A stretch of DNA of 64,000 nucleotides, from NCBI GenBank assembly GCA_951406725.2, contig OX597816.1, positions 128,588,001 through 128,652,000 of the forward strand, written 5' to 3'. Within the stretch, counting starts at the first letter, position 1. Each line of letters starts with the position of its first letter. This DNA comes from Octopus vulgaris. Taxonomy: Eukaryota. Positions 62,822 to 64,000 of this stretch are shown here, piece after piece. A program made the position numbers and the translations under genes. Below the pieces are notes generated by a model. It worked only from the letters and a program-made list of their open reading frames with translations. It made no database searches and had not been told where the DNA came from.

Positions 62822-62822
62822 T
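62668..62822. repeat. (TTA)n microsatellite (SINE tail expansion)
   Basis: Direct reading. Confidence 0.9.
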
Positions 62823-62985
62823 TATAACAGTTTGATTTGGTTCCATACAACTTACAAGCCTGTCCCTTTCAGGCCTTAGATTACCAAATGGAGAGATACT
62901 GAGCATCATGGAACCAAATAAAACTGTTTTAAATAATACATATAACTCCTAATAAACGAGCTGAGTGCCTTTTTTTTTCATTTGT

Positions 62986-63059
<74 letters not shown>

Positions 63060-63103
63060 GAAACAATGGATTCAGAAGATAGGGTGTACTGGAAACTTTA
63101 GTT

Positions 63104-63203
63104 ATCACAACGTTTGTTTCAACACATCCTGCACCTCATAGGTGGGAAACTATATAATGAATTACAATGCACCCCACAGAGTGCAAGCATTTCTTCAGGT
63201 GAT
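63104..63203 (-). ncRNA. type-I hammerhead motif (C3-G8) with long stem II
   Basis: aucac-CUGAAGA-aaugcuugcacuc..gugggg/cccac..gaggugcaggauguguu-GAAA-caaacg-UU-gugau; perfect 5-bp stem I; element ends at (TA)n ~63055. Confidence 0.6.
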
Positions 63204-64000
63204 GCAACTCAGTTTCTCACTACATAAGTAATGTTTCGTGAAGTATTACTTCACAAAAGTTTTCAGTATACTCTATCTTCTGTAATAATTGTTTCTAGTA
63301 TACTCAATGTGTACTTAGGAATCCCTAATGTAGATCCAACGACGATTGTGTTATTATCATGGATGATGCTAGGTAGCCATAGGCAGTAAATGTGCTTTGT
63401 TGGCATACTAATAGGGACATACCCAAAGCTTAGATTAAGTTTTGAATTTAAATCTAAATGTTAATTTTAACTTATATATATGTGTGTGTGTGTATGTACA
63501 CACACACACTCACACACACATATATCTATACACATGCATGCAGACATATATATAGATATATATACATATACATACACACACACACACATATCATCATGAT
63601 CAAAATAAGACAAAAGAAAAGAAATAGATGATTTTAAGTAAATGAAGATGCAATAAACTTGTTATATTTTTAAAAATAGATATGAAATGTAGTAGTTAAG
63701 AATATGAAATTATCAGAGACAGTGCAATAGAGTCCATTTCGTAAATCAATCCAAAGATAAGATAAAGAATGGCAATTCTTGTTTTCCAAGATTGAAAGAT
63801 ATATATGAGTCATAAACTTTGAATAAATATGAAGATACCAGAAGAAGTTATAAATGTGTAGCATCTCAGCAGCCAAAGTATAATCAGAGGGCATGGCCAT
63901 TATTTGAAAAAACGTTACAAAATTATTTTTTGTGACAGGAAACAACACCAATTTTCTAGAGAAAAGGAATATAGATTACTCCCCTGGAAGAATGAAACAC

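Overview
AT-rich, microsatellite-dense animal (not microbial) DNA. The mix of SINE families, RTE tails, mariners and Dong/R4 LINEs suggests an octopus or other coleoid cephalopod intron or intergenic region; this is inference. No host gene can be supported. Most ORFs in the track are translations of microsatellites or SINEs. The real coding remnants are all transposon-derived: a near-intact, 5'-truncated Dong/R4-type RT+RLE retrotransposon inserted in a (TAA)n array, several mariner/Tc1 relics, a Helitron Pif1-helicase fragment and a Penelope-like GIY-YIG C-terminus. The most striking signal is a set of short non-coding elements next to (TA)n/(TAA)n tracts that carry minimal type-I hammerhead ribozyme folds, often in fold-back or tandem arrangement. 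Between them they show C3-G8, U3-A8 and G3-C8 versions of the catalytic 3-8 pair, plus a CUGAUGC(A) variant. A composite Helitron carrying a ~166-bp satellite array and at least eight long fold-back structures are also present. All folds and boundaries were read by eye, and SINE coordinates are approximate.
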